From Thermotogota bacterium (GTDB lineage Bacteria; Thermotogota; Thermotogae; Petrotogales; Petrotogaceae), in assembly GCA_051748045.1 (NCBI GenBank), contig JBNJGY010000001.1:32001-96000 (forward strand): a DNA stretch of 64,000 bases, read 5' to 3'. The position numbers and the translations under genes were made by a program. Below the pieces are notes generated by a model. It did not search any database and was not told where the DNA came from. It saw nothing but the letters and a program-made list of their open reading frames with translations. Of this stretch, positions 51,983-60,219 are shown in pieces. The number at the start of each line of letters is the position of its first letter. Positions within the stretch are counted from its first letter, which is position 1.

Positions 51983-52950
51983 GAATTATCTCTATTTAGT
52001 TCTATGTGTTTTTTCATAATTCTTACTGCGTTTGTGGCTGCACCAACTCTAACATTATTTGCCATTACCCAAATTAAAAATGTTTTATCGTTTAATTGTC
52101 TTAACCTTGATACATAAGTCATTTTATCATCTTGAATTTCTAAAGGTGTAATTATTTCATCATCGTAAACTACATTTTCTGAATTTGCTATTAAATCACT
52201 TATTAATTGCAAGTTAGTACTTTTTGAAATTTTAAAAGTTATAGATTCAGAATGACCATAAACAACAGGTACCCTTACTGCTGTAGGAATAACTATTATT
52301 TCTTTATCTTCAAAGATTTTTGTTGTTTCATTCACCATTTTCATTTCTTCTGTAGTGAACCCATTTTCTTCGTAATCACCAATTTTTGGAATTATATTTC
52401 TATGAATTATCTTTTCAAAATGCTCTGGTTGATTACTTTCTTTTTCTTGATTAATCAATTCTTGAATACCTTTGTTTCCTGCTCCAGATACAGCTTGATA
52501 TGTAGAGACATTTATCTCTTCTATCTTTATCTGTTTTTGTACATTATTCAAAGCTAAAAGCATTTGAATAGTTGAACAATTAGGATTTGCTATTATTCCT
52601 TTATAACCTTTTATTTTATGACTGTTTATTTCAGGGATAATTAAAGGAATATCATTATCCATTCTAAAAGCAGAAGAATTATCAATAACAACACTTCCCG
52701 CCTTGGCTGCTATTTGTGCAAATTCTTTTGAAACATCTCCCCCAGCAGAAAATAATACATAATCATATTGGTCTTTTAATGATTCTTGTTTTAATTCTTC
52801 AACTTCAATTTCTTTATTCTGAAAGCTTATTAATTCACCTACACTTTTTTTACCTGCATAAAGATCTAAATGATCTATATCTAGTGAAGAAAGTTCATCT
52901 ATAATTTTTCTACCAACTTCTCCTGTTGCTCCTACCACTGCTACTTTCAT
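51979..52950 (-). CDS. asd: Aspartate-semialdehyde dehydrogenase
   Basis: GATGEVG, IDNSSAFRM, NPNCST, TYQAVSGAG, RVPV..GHSE and GAATNA motifs. Confidence 0.96.
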   Translation of the reverse strand: MKVAVVGATGEVGRKIIDELSSLDIDHLDLYAGKKSVGELISFQNKEIEVEELKQESLKDQYDYVLFSAGGDVSKEFAQIAAKAGSVVIDNSSAFRMDNDIPLIIPEINSHKIKGYKGIIANPNCSTIQMLLALNNVQKQIKIEEINVSTYQAVSGAGNKGIQELINQEKESNQPEHFEKIIHRNIIPKIGDYEENGFTTEEMKMVNETTKIFEDKEIIVIPTAVRVPVVYGHSESITFKISKSTNLQLISDLIANSENVVYDDEIITPLEIQDDKMTYVSRLRQLNDKTFLIWVMANNVRVGAATNAVRIMKKHIELNRDNS

Positions 52951-52967
52951 ATTTACACCTCCGGAAA

Positions 52968-52997
52968 ATAAAAAAACTCTCCCAAAAAGGAGAGTTT
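52968..52997 (-). terminator. Expression-platform terminator of the lysine riboswitch
   Basis: Minus strand AAACTCTCC-TTTTTG-GGAGAGTTTTTT lies between the aptamer and the asd RBS. Confidence 0.8.
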
Positions 52998-53021
52998 ATA
53001 ATAAATTCATTTATTATTATT

Positions 53022-53184
53022 TTGACGGCTCTCCACGTTAAACGTGACAGTAGTATAGATATTCACTATACTCCCGGAAAAGAGTTTTGAGTTTCTCTTT
53101 CCCTCGGCAACTTTACCTTTCACATATCTTCATAGCTTTCTCGAGCTCAAATATGTTACTCTTATCAGTCGCGCCTCCGTTCGT
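53022..53184 (-). promoter_or_regulatory. Lysine riboswitch (L-box) aptamer
   Basis: Minus strand ACGGAGGCGCG...AGAGTA...TGAAG...GAAAGG...TGCCGA...ACTGTCAC..GTGGAGAGCCGT matches L-box conserved segments; upstream of asd-lysA-dapA-dapB-dapH-lysC. Confidence 0.93.
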
Positions 53185-53254
53185 TACACTAACTATTTAC
53201 TTATATTCAAAATAACATTTCAAAATTAACTGATGATAAACTTTTTGTTAACAT

Positions 53255-55237
53255 TTAATCTTCAGGGATTATGAAAACTTGATTTGGATATATTAAATTT
53301 GGATTTTCTATATTATTTTTTTCAGCTATATCATTATAATTAACTCCATATATTCTTGATATTTTTAATAACCAATCACCAGATTTTACTGTATATTTTA
53401 AAATTATTTTTTCTGCAAGTTCCTTTATTTCTTCATATGTTAAAGGTACTCTGTTATCTATGGATAAATTCCCTTCTTTAAATATTTTTTCAGCTTTTAT
53501 TCTGTGAATTTTATTCCAGTTATTCCCAGTTATTTTCCAATTTTCATCTGTTTCGCTTTTTATTATTCCATTTTTATAATCAACAATATACTCTTCTATA
53601 AAATCTGTAATGTAGTAATCTTTAAATTTTTCTATGTCTTTTGAACTAGCTAAAAGATTTGGTAATTTGTCTGAAAAAATTTCACCTGAATTTGAAAATT
53701 CATTTTCTGCTCTTGCTGAATTAGTTGCCAATAAATATTTTTTATCATCTAAAATATTATTACTAGCTGAATCTGTTAAATTTTCTATTCTGTTACCAAA
53801 GTCTTTACTAATATTAATTTCAAAATTTAAACCCTTAAAAATATCATATAGTTTATGCGATTTATTAGTTCGGGTAATCGTTAAATGTTCTTTTTCGAAT
53901 TTGTTGTAAAATTCTACAGACCATTCAAGATACTCTTTTAATTGCTTACCCGTTAATTCAACTATGGATAAACTATTCTTTTCTGGATAAAATCTGTTTA
54001 TATATCTTTTTGAAATTTGGTTAGATAATTTGAGATTTTCTACATAAATAGGCGTTGAAGATATTTTCACTTCAGAATCAAATATTTTATTTGCATAATG
54101 AAGTTGAACTTCATTTATCAGGTCAGAAATTTTTGTTGGTTTTAAATGATATGAATCTATTTGGTCTATTTTTTTCTCTTCAAAAAAATCCCCATTAACT
54201 ACTTCTGCAATAATTGATTCTAATTCTTCTATAGATTCTTGATGGTATTCTCTAAATATATTCTCTATACTGTGAAGAGGGAGAATAACTCTATCATCAT
54301 TTTTTACTGGAATCTTTGTAAGTGTTGAATCATCAGTAATATTTGAACCTTCTTTTGTTAATTTATAATCAATTTGATATAAACTTTCAGTAGAATTATT
54401 TATTAAAAACTCTTTTTTAGAATCGTTAAATTTATTAGATATTATAAGTTTATTTTTTTGTTCTTCTTTATTTAATGAGATTAAGATGTCATTCTCTAAA
54501 TTATCTTTTGGATCTAATTTATTATAGAAAGTAATATTATTTAATGTTTCACTTGATCCTGGAGTTAAGAATTTTTCGCTATTTAGATTCAAATCATCTA
54601 TTTTTAAAACATCATTTTCTGATAATAACCATAAATCATATTTTAAATAGTCAAAAGCTTCAAGGAAAGAATCAACTGTTTTATTATTTTGTTTATCTAG
54701 AAAAGTATCTCCAATATTTAATAATATATCCACCTCATTAACTTTATCATCTATTATTTTAGCTAATTGAGAAAAACTACCATCATAATCTTTTTTATCA
54801 TAATCATAATCATATGTTGTGAAATCACCATTAATGTTAGAAGTAATATATAATTTAAAAGAAACATCTATTTCTTCTATTTCTTTATGTGTGTTTTTAT
54901 CTATTTTTTCATTACTTGTGCTATTTTTAGTAATTAGAATATCGGCATTTGTTTCTATCAAATCAATATTTTCTTCATCAGTAGAATTATTCTCTTGATT
55001 TTCATTTTGACCATCACTTTCACTTAAAAGCAAATTTGAAGTTGAATCAGGAGTTATTTCAATTGAATCACCTGGAACAAAATCATCTTCATATATTGTT
55101 TGGGAATTATTTGAATCTTCAATATTATAATTCTGATCAACTTTTTCATCATTATTACCTAAAAATATAAATATCAGGGAAATAATGAGCATCAAAATTA
55201 TAATAAATACTCCCCATATAATATTTTTTTTATTCAT
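53255..55237 (-). CDS. Membrane-anchored 5'-nucleotidase/CpdB-like protein (degenerate metal site) with C-terminal LysM
   Basis: N-terminal TM and N/S/E-rich linker; LYITSNING and IGDTF; C-domain ELTGKQLKEYLEWS and NRIENL; LysM YTVKSGDWLLKIS...NPNLIYPNQ. Confidence 0.75.
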   Translation of the reverse strand: MNKKNIIWGVFIIILMLIISLIFIFLGNNDEKVDQNYNIEDSNNSQTIYEDDFVPGDSIEITPDSTSNLLLSESDGQNENQENNSTDEENIDLIETNADILITKNSTSNEKIDKNTHKEIEEIDVSFKLYITSNINGDFTTYDYDYDKKDYDGSFSQLAKIIDDKVNEVDILLNIGDTFLDKQNNKTVDSFLEAFDYLKYDLWLLSENDVLKIDDLNLNSEKFLTPGSSETLNNITFYNKLDPKDNLENDILISLNKEEQKNKLIISNKFNDSKKEFLINNSTESLYQIDYKLTKEGSNITDDSTLTKIPVKNDDRVILPLHSIENIFREYHQESIEELESIIAEVVNGDFFEEKKIDQIDSYHLKPTKISDLINEVQLHYANKIFDSEVKISSTPIYVENLKLSNQISKRYINRFYPEKNSLSIVELTGKQLKEYLEWSVEFYNKFEKEHLTITRTNKSHKLYDIFKGLNFEINISKDFGNRIENLTDSASNNILDDKKYLLATNSARAENEFSNSGEIFSDKLPNLLASSKDIEKFKDYYITDFIEEYIVDYKNGIIKSETDENWKITGNNWNKIHRIKAEKIFKEGNLSIDNRVPLTYEEIKELAEKIILKYTVKSGDWLLKISRIYGVNYNDIAEKNNIENPNLIYPNQVFIIPED

Positions 55238-55377
55238 AATACACCTCCTGATTTCTTATAATAATTTCATATAATATTTGACTAAAATAAATTATACATT
55301 ATAATAGTAACGTAAATCTTTATTCTATAAAATTATACCATATATGAAAAATGATTTTATACAGGAGGAATAAAAAA

Positions 55378-56025
55378 ATGAATAGTTTTTTGGATGAAAG
55401 GCTAGAATTAACAAACGCTTGTAAAAAAATAGCAAATGATAATTTAGTAAAAGGTACTTGGGGTAATTTTTCAATAAAAGTTAAAGATAAAATAATAATA
55501 ACACCATCTGGTTATTCTTATGAACTGATGACTCCAAACGACCTAGTTATAATTAATATGAAAGGTAATATAATCGAAGGTGACAGAGTTCCTTCTTCTG
55601 AATGGATGATGCATTCAGAAATTTACCAAAAAAGACAAGATGTAAATATTATTCTACATACACATCCAACATATTCTTCAATCGCTTCTGTGTCTTTAAA
55701 TGAAATACCTTCTTTGATAGAGGACAGTGCTATGATTTTAGGACCAAAAATTAATGTAACTGAATATAAGTTACCTGGTTCAAAAGATTTAGCTGAGGAA
55801 ACAGCAAAAAAATTAGGAGAAAATAACGCTGTTATTATGAGAAATCACGGGTTAGTCACTGTAGGTAATTCTTTAAATGAAGTAATATCAGCAGCTCATA
55901 TTGTTGAAAAAAACGTTATGATTTATATCGAAGCAACAAAATTAGGTGGGAAAATTCATTATATCTCTGATAACGACCTAAAAATGCTTAGAGAAAAATA
56001 TTTTAAATCATATAGACAAAAATAA
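55378..56025 (+). CDS. Class II aldolase/adducin family protein (FucA/MtnB-like)
   Basis: GNFS, TPSG, PSSE..MH, HTHP and NHG motifs; ATG 55378 after AGGAGG; upstream TTGACT-16-TATAAT (55278-55305). Confidence 0.9.
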   Translation: MNSFLDERLELTNACKKIANDNLVKGTWGNFSIKVKDKIIITPSGYSYELMTPNDLVIINMKGNIIEGDRVPSSEWMMHSEIYQKRQDVNIILHTHPTYSSIASVSLNEIPSLIEDSAMILGPKINVTEYKLPGSKDLAEETAKKLGENNAVIMRNHGLVTVGNSLNEVISAAHIVEKNVMIYIEATKLGGKIHYISDNDLKMLREKYFKSYRQK

Positions 56026-56048
56026 CAAGGGGTATTAAGCCCCTTGTT
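56024..56048. terminator. Terminator hairpin between the convergent aldolase and ABC genes
   Basis: AACAAGGGG-TATTAAG-CCCCTTGTT. Confidence 0.75.
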
Positions 56049-57825
56049 TTATAAATTTGAATTGAGATAAGTATAAATCGTAATAATCGTTTCTCATTTC
56101 AATTAGTTCTTCATGAGTTCCCATTTCGCTAATTTTTCCATCTTTAATATAAATAATTCTGTCTACATCTCTAATGGTTGATAGTCTATGTGCAATTACA
56201 AAACTAGTTCTATTTTTTAGTAGTTTTTCGATTCCTAATTGTACCAATCTTTCAGTTTTTGTATCAATATTTGATGTAGCCTCATCTAAAATTAATATTT
56301 TGGGATCAGCTAATAATGCTCTTGCTAAAGATATTAACTGTCTTTGCCCAACAGACAACCTTGAGCCTCTTTCGTTTACTTCAGTCTCATAACCTTTTTC
56401 TAAACTCATCACGAAATCATGTAATCCTACGGTTTTAGAAGCTTTTATTATTTCTTCTTTTGTGGCATCTAATTTGCCGTATTTAATATTTTCATAAATA
56501 GTTGTAGAAAATAAAAATGTATCTTGTAGCATAATTCCCATATGGGTTCTCAAATTTTCCAAATCTATATCTCTTAAATCGTGACCATCTAAGAATATAC
56601 TACCTTGTGTGGGGTCATAAAACCTGGATATCAAATTTACCATAGTAGTCTTTCCAGCTCCTGTAGGACCTACAAATGCTATAGATTCACCTGGTTTAAC
56701 CTTCAAATTTATATTTTTTAGAACTTGAGTATCTTTATCATAACTAAAGCTAACATTTCTAAAATCTAATTCTCCATCTATGTTGTCTAATCTTTGTACA
56801 CCATTTTTGTTGTTTTCAACAACAGGTTTTATATCTAATATTTCAAATATTCTATCTGTAGCTGCAAAACTGGTTATTAAAACATTATAAAAGTTTGCTA
56901 TGTTCCAAATAGGTCTCCAAAATTTTGTTATATACCAAGTAAAAGCGAATATTTCTCCTATTGTAATTAAATTTTGACCTACAAGTCCAAAACTATACCA
57001 ATATATGGCTATTAACCCCAAACCATAGGATAGTTCAATAAGAGGTCCAAATTTATATTGTAGTCTTGCTGCATGAATAAAGGAATCGACAGCATTACCA
57101 ACATAACCTCTAAAATTATTTTTTGTAAAACTCTCTGCTGTAAAAGATTGTACTACTTTTATACCTGAGAACGTTTCATGGGTATAGGCATTTAAATTAG
57201 ATCTCTTTTTTCTATAGTTCTCCCATCGTTTTCTCCCTATTATCTGTATTACAAAAAGTGCCAAAAAAAGTGGGGGCATAACCATCATTGTTATACCAGT
57301 TAGTTGTGCGTTCATTGAAACCATAATAATTACAACAGATATAACTGTAATCACTTCAGGAATTAAACTTGTAACTAAAGAGTTAAAAAATTGCTGTAAA
57401 GAGTTGATATCTCCCATAATCCTTGCTAAAATTTTTCCTACAGGTCTTTCATCAAAAAAATTGAAAGATAATTTTTGAATATGATTGTAAAGATCATGCC
57501 TTATGTTTACAACTATATCGTTACTAATCTCTCCCATTTTGATCATTCTCATTTTTGAGACCCACATAGCAAATAAATTAACCAGTAACATCCCTATACT
57601 CAACCAAACTAATCCTATAACATTTTCTTGGACTATATAATTATCTATTGCCAATTTCAACATAAAAGGATTTAAAAGTTCAACACCAATAACAAAAAGC
57701 ATCATCATGGATACCAAAAATGTTTTTAATTTATATGGTTTTAAATAAGATATCAATATTTTAATTATCTCAATATTTGATTTTCTCTTTGTATTTTCAT
57801 CTTGTTTTGTAGCGTTTAGACTCAT
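56035..57825 (-). CDS. Heterodimeric ABC exporter, half-transporter 2 (canonical Walker B, degenerate signature)
   Basis: TMD plus NBD with GPTGAGKT, LSVGQRQ, ILDEAT and AHR. Confidence 0.93.
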   Translation of the reverse strand: MSLNATKQDENTKRKSNIEIIKILISYLKPYKLKTFLVSMMMLFVIGVELLNPFMLKLAIDNYIVQENVIGLVWLSIGMLLVNLFAMWVSKMRMIKMGEISNDIVVNIRHDLYNHIQKLSFNFFDERPVGKILARIMGDINSLQQFFNSLVTSLIPEVITVISVVIIMVSMNAQLTGITMMVMPPLFLALFVIQIIGRKRWENYRKKRSNLNAYTHETFSGIKVVQSFTAESFTKNNFRGYVGNAVDSFIHAARLQYKFGPLIELSYGLGLIAIYWYSFGLVGQNLITIGEIFAFTWYITKFWRPIWNIANFYNVLITSFAATDRIFEILDIKPVVENNKNGVQRLDNIDGELDFRNVSFSYDKDTQVLKNINLKVKPGESIAFVGPTGAGKTTMVNLISRFYDPTQGSIFLDGHDLRDIDLENLRTHMGIMLQDTFLFSTTIYENIKYGKLDATKEEIIKASKTVGLHDFVMSLEKGYETEVNERGSRLSVGQRQLISLARALLADPKILILDEATSNIDTKTERLVQLGIEKLLKNRTSFVIAHRLSTIRDVDRIIYIKDGKISEMGTHEELIEMRNDYYDLYLSQFKFIKQGA

Positions 57826-57826
57826 A

Positions 57827-59563
57827 TTAGATCACCTCGTTTGCAAAAAAGCTAATATCTTCAAAATCTTTGAATTGATCTTTGTAAATTTTATAATATT
57901 CTCCTTTTTTGTCTACTAATTCATCATGTGTTCCCATTTCAAAAATTTCCCCATCTTTTAAATATATTATTTTATCTGCATTTTTAACTGCTGAAATTCT
58001 GTGTGCTATTATAAAAGTTGTTATATTTTTGTTGCTATCTTTAATATTTTTTAGTAGTTCATATTCTGTATCCATATCCAATGCACTTGTAGCATCATCC
58101 AAGACAATCATTCTCGATTTTTTGGCTAAGGCCCTTGCTATTGTCATTCTTTGTTTTTGACCACCAGATAACCCAACGCCTCTTTCTCCAATTAAAGTGT
58201 TGTATTTTTTATTCATTTTTTCTACAAACTCTTCCACACAGGAAATTTTTGCAACTTCTACTAATTCTTTTTGGCTTAATTCATTATTTCCCATCTTTAT
58301 ATTTTCCTCTACAGTTTCTGAGAAAAGAAAGCTGTCTTGAAAAATGTATGAAATATTATCTCTAAGGTTTTTTAAATTGATTGATCTTATATCATTTCCG
58401 TCAATTAATATATTCCCTTTTGTAACGTCATAAAATCTACCAATTAAATTAACTAATGATGTTTTACCTGAACCTGTTTCTCCCATTATGGCGACTGTTT
58501 CACCAGGGTTAATTTCTAAATTAATCTTTTTTAAAACATAATCTTCATCATATTTTAGGTAAACATCATGAAAAATAATTTTCCCTTTTTCTATTTTTTC
58601 ACCTAAGTCATTTAATATTTCTGGTTTATTCGACATTATTCTATCAATTTTTTTTGCTGATGTTGTTCCAAGAGATATCATATTTGTTAATAACCCCATC
58701 ATTCTCATTGGCCAAATCAACATCCATACGTATTGAGTAAAAGCTACTAAAACACCTAAAGATATTTGTTCATTAATGACAAAAGCCCCGCCAAAAACAA
58801 CTAACAAAACTATTGTCATATTACCCAGAAATTCCATCACCGAGAATAATGATCCAAATATTTTTGTCCTTTCTATGTTCAGTTCATAATTTTTTTTATT
58901 CATATCTAAAAATTTTAATGTTTCATGTTTTTCTCTTGCAAAAGCTTTCACCAATCTAACTCCAGCTATATTTTCTTGAGCTGTAGTATTTAACTTTGCA
59001 GCATGATCACTTATTTTATCGTAAACTTTAGATACTTTTTGTCTTAATTTCACTGCAACATAAGCTATTAAAGGCATTCCAGCCAGTGTTATCAAAGCTA
59101 ACTTCCAGTTTAATGAAAATAATATAAAAGAAGCCACAGAAAAATATATGATATTTTCAACAAAAACAGCTAATGCAAATCCGAGCATATCCCAAACATT
59201 TTCCGCATCTTGTCCTATTCTAGACATTAATTCTCCAGTATTTTGTTTGTCAAAGAATTTAAAATCCATCTTATGTATATGTTTAAACAAATCATTTCTA
59301 ATATCTCCTAAAATTTGAGTAGCTATATAGTCATAAGTAAATTCTTTAAAATATCCAGAAAAAACTCTAACTACTGTCATTATAGCTATACCTATTAACA
59401 CAGTTTTTAAAGATTCTACACTATTATTACCAAGAGCTTCATCTATAAACATTTTACTCAACATTGGCCAAAACATATCTGAAATGATAAAGGCCATCAT
59501 AGATAAAACAGCGACAAATAACAACAATTTATAATTTTTATAATATTTTAGTATTTTTAACAC
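57827..59563 (-). CDS. Heterodimeric ABC exporter, half-transporter 1 (canonical signature, Walker B E-to-D)
   Basis: TMD plus NBD with GETGSGKT, LSGGQKQ, IVLDDAT and AHR; GTG start with GGGGTG RBS 7 nt upstream. Confidence 0.93.
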   Translation of the reverse strand: MLKILKYYKNYKLLLFVAVLSMMAFIISDMFWPMLSKMFIDEALGNNSVESLKTVLIGIAIMTVVRVFSGYFKEFTYDYIATQILGDIRNDLFKHIHKMDFKFFDKQNTGELMSRIGQDAENVWDMLGFALAVFVENIIYFSVASFILFSLNWKLALITLAGMPLIAYVAVKLRQKVSKVYDKISDHAAKLNTTAQENIAGVRLVKAFAREKHETLKFLDMNKKNYELNIERTKIFGSLFSVMEFLGNMTIVLLVVFGGAFVINEQISLGVLVAFTQYVWMLIWPMRMMGLLTNMISLGTTSAKKIDRIMSNKPEILNDLGEKIEKGKIIFHDVYLKYDEDYVLKKINLEINPGETVAIMGETGSGKTSLVNLIGRFYDVTKGNILIDGNDIRSINLKNLRDNISYIFQDSFLFSETVEENIKMGNNELSQKELVEVAKISCVEEFVEKMNKKYNTLIGERGVGLSGGQKQRMTIARALAKKSRMIVLDDATSALDMDTEYELLKNIKDSNKNITTFIIAHRISAVKNADKIIYLKDGEIFEMGTHDELVDKKGEYYKIYKDQFKDFEDISFFANEVI

Positions 59564-59607
59564 TTTCCATCACCCCGATTTTTCTCTTCTATTTTTTATC
59601 CACCAAT

Positions 59608-59685
59608 CTATATTAAAGATATGATTTCGTAATACTCTTTTTTATTTTTTACCTTCATATTATTATTTTTTTGATTATTTTTCAT
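59608..59685 (-). CDS. Micro-ORF C, 25 aa: MKNNQKNNNMKVKNKKEYYEIISLI
   Basis: Manual translation; RBS GGGGTGG precedes ATG; C-terminus paralogous to micro-ORF B. Confidence 0.7.
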   Translation of the reverse strand: MKNNQKNNNMKVKNKKEYYEIISLI

Positions 59686-59725
59686 AATTACCACCCCATG
59701 TTTTAGCTTCGTCTGATAGTTTGGA

Positions 59726-59806
59726 TTAAATTAAAGAAACAACTTCAAAATATGATTTTTTCTCTTCTTGTTTAGCTTGATTGTTTTGTATGTTTTTCTT
59801 TTTCAT
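59726..59806 (-). CDS. Micro-ORF B, 26 aa: MKKKNIQNNQAKQEEKKSYFEVVSLI
   Basis: Manual translation; RBS AAAGGGGGTGA precedes ATG; C-terminus paralogous to micro-ORF C. Confidence 0.72.
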   Translation of the reverse strand: MKKKNIQNNQAKQEEKKSYFEVVSLI

Positions 59807-59832
59807 GATTTCACCCCCTTTGTGACATAATT

Positions 59833-59868
59833 CTAACTAACAAAACTCATCTCTAATTTTTTTGACAT
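59833..59868 (-). CDS. Micro-ORF A, 11 aa: MSKKLEMSFVS
   Basis: Manual translation; RBS GGAGGTG 7 nt upstream; first ORF after terminator 2. Confidence 0.55.
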   Translation of the reverse strand: MSKKLEMSFVS

Positions 59869-59888
59869 TTTATTACACCTCCAATTTA

Positions 59889-59922
59889 TAAAAATAAAGC
59901 CATGGCTTTATTAGCCATGGCT
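59889..59922 (-). terminator. Leader terminator 2
   Basis: Minus strand AGCCATGGCT-AATAA-AGCCATGGCT-TTATTTTT (arms at 59913-59922 and 59898-59907). Confidence 0.75.
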
Positions 59923-59993
59923 GATTTAGTTTGTTTTATCATTCGATACTATTATCCTACCTTTATAAAACATAGAAAATAATAATAATCTAT

Positions 59994-60025
59994 AAAACAA
60001 AAGCCATGGCTGGATAGCCATGGCT
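59994..60025 (-). terminator. Leader terminator 1
   Basis: Minus strand AGCCATGGCT-ATCC-AGCCATGGCT-TTTGTTTT (arms at 60016-60025 and 60002-60011). Confidence 0.78.
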
Positions 60026-60042
60026 CGAATATATAGAAATAA

Positions 60043-60159
60043 CTAGATTATTTCTTTTCTACTTCGAGGCAAAGCTATCCCATGATTTGATTTTAATATA
60101 CCGCACATATTAAAACTAACTCTTAATTTGCCGGTGTTTACAACTGCTAAATTAATCAT
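60043..60159 (-). CDS. Leader peptide, 38 aa: MINLAVVNTGKLRVSFNMCGILKSNHGIALPRSRKEII
   Basis: Manual translation; AAAGGAGG RBS 8 nt upstream; the 3' end is complementary to terminator 1. Confidence 0.72.
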   Translation of the reverse strand: MINLAVVNTGKLRVSFNMCGILKSNHGIALPRSRKEII

Positions 60160-60219
60160 GATATTGCCTCCTTTTTTAAAATATTTTATCACTTACAATT
60201 TACACTGTTTATATTTCTT

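Noticed and set aside
59886-59942. 18-aa ORF MIKQTKSAMANKAMALFL crossing terminator 2 (minus strand)
   Set aside because: The RBS is weak and distant, and the AMA repeats simply reflect the AGCCATGGCT arms. Not called as a CDS, though a role in antitermination cannot be excluded.
59898-60025. Four AGCCATGGCT copies as a CRISPR array or REP/MITE
   Set aside because: The repeats are only 10 bp, spacing is irregular (4, 79 and 5 nt), no cas genes are present, and the layout with T-tracts fits terminators.
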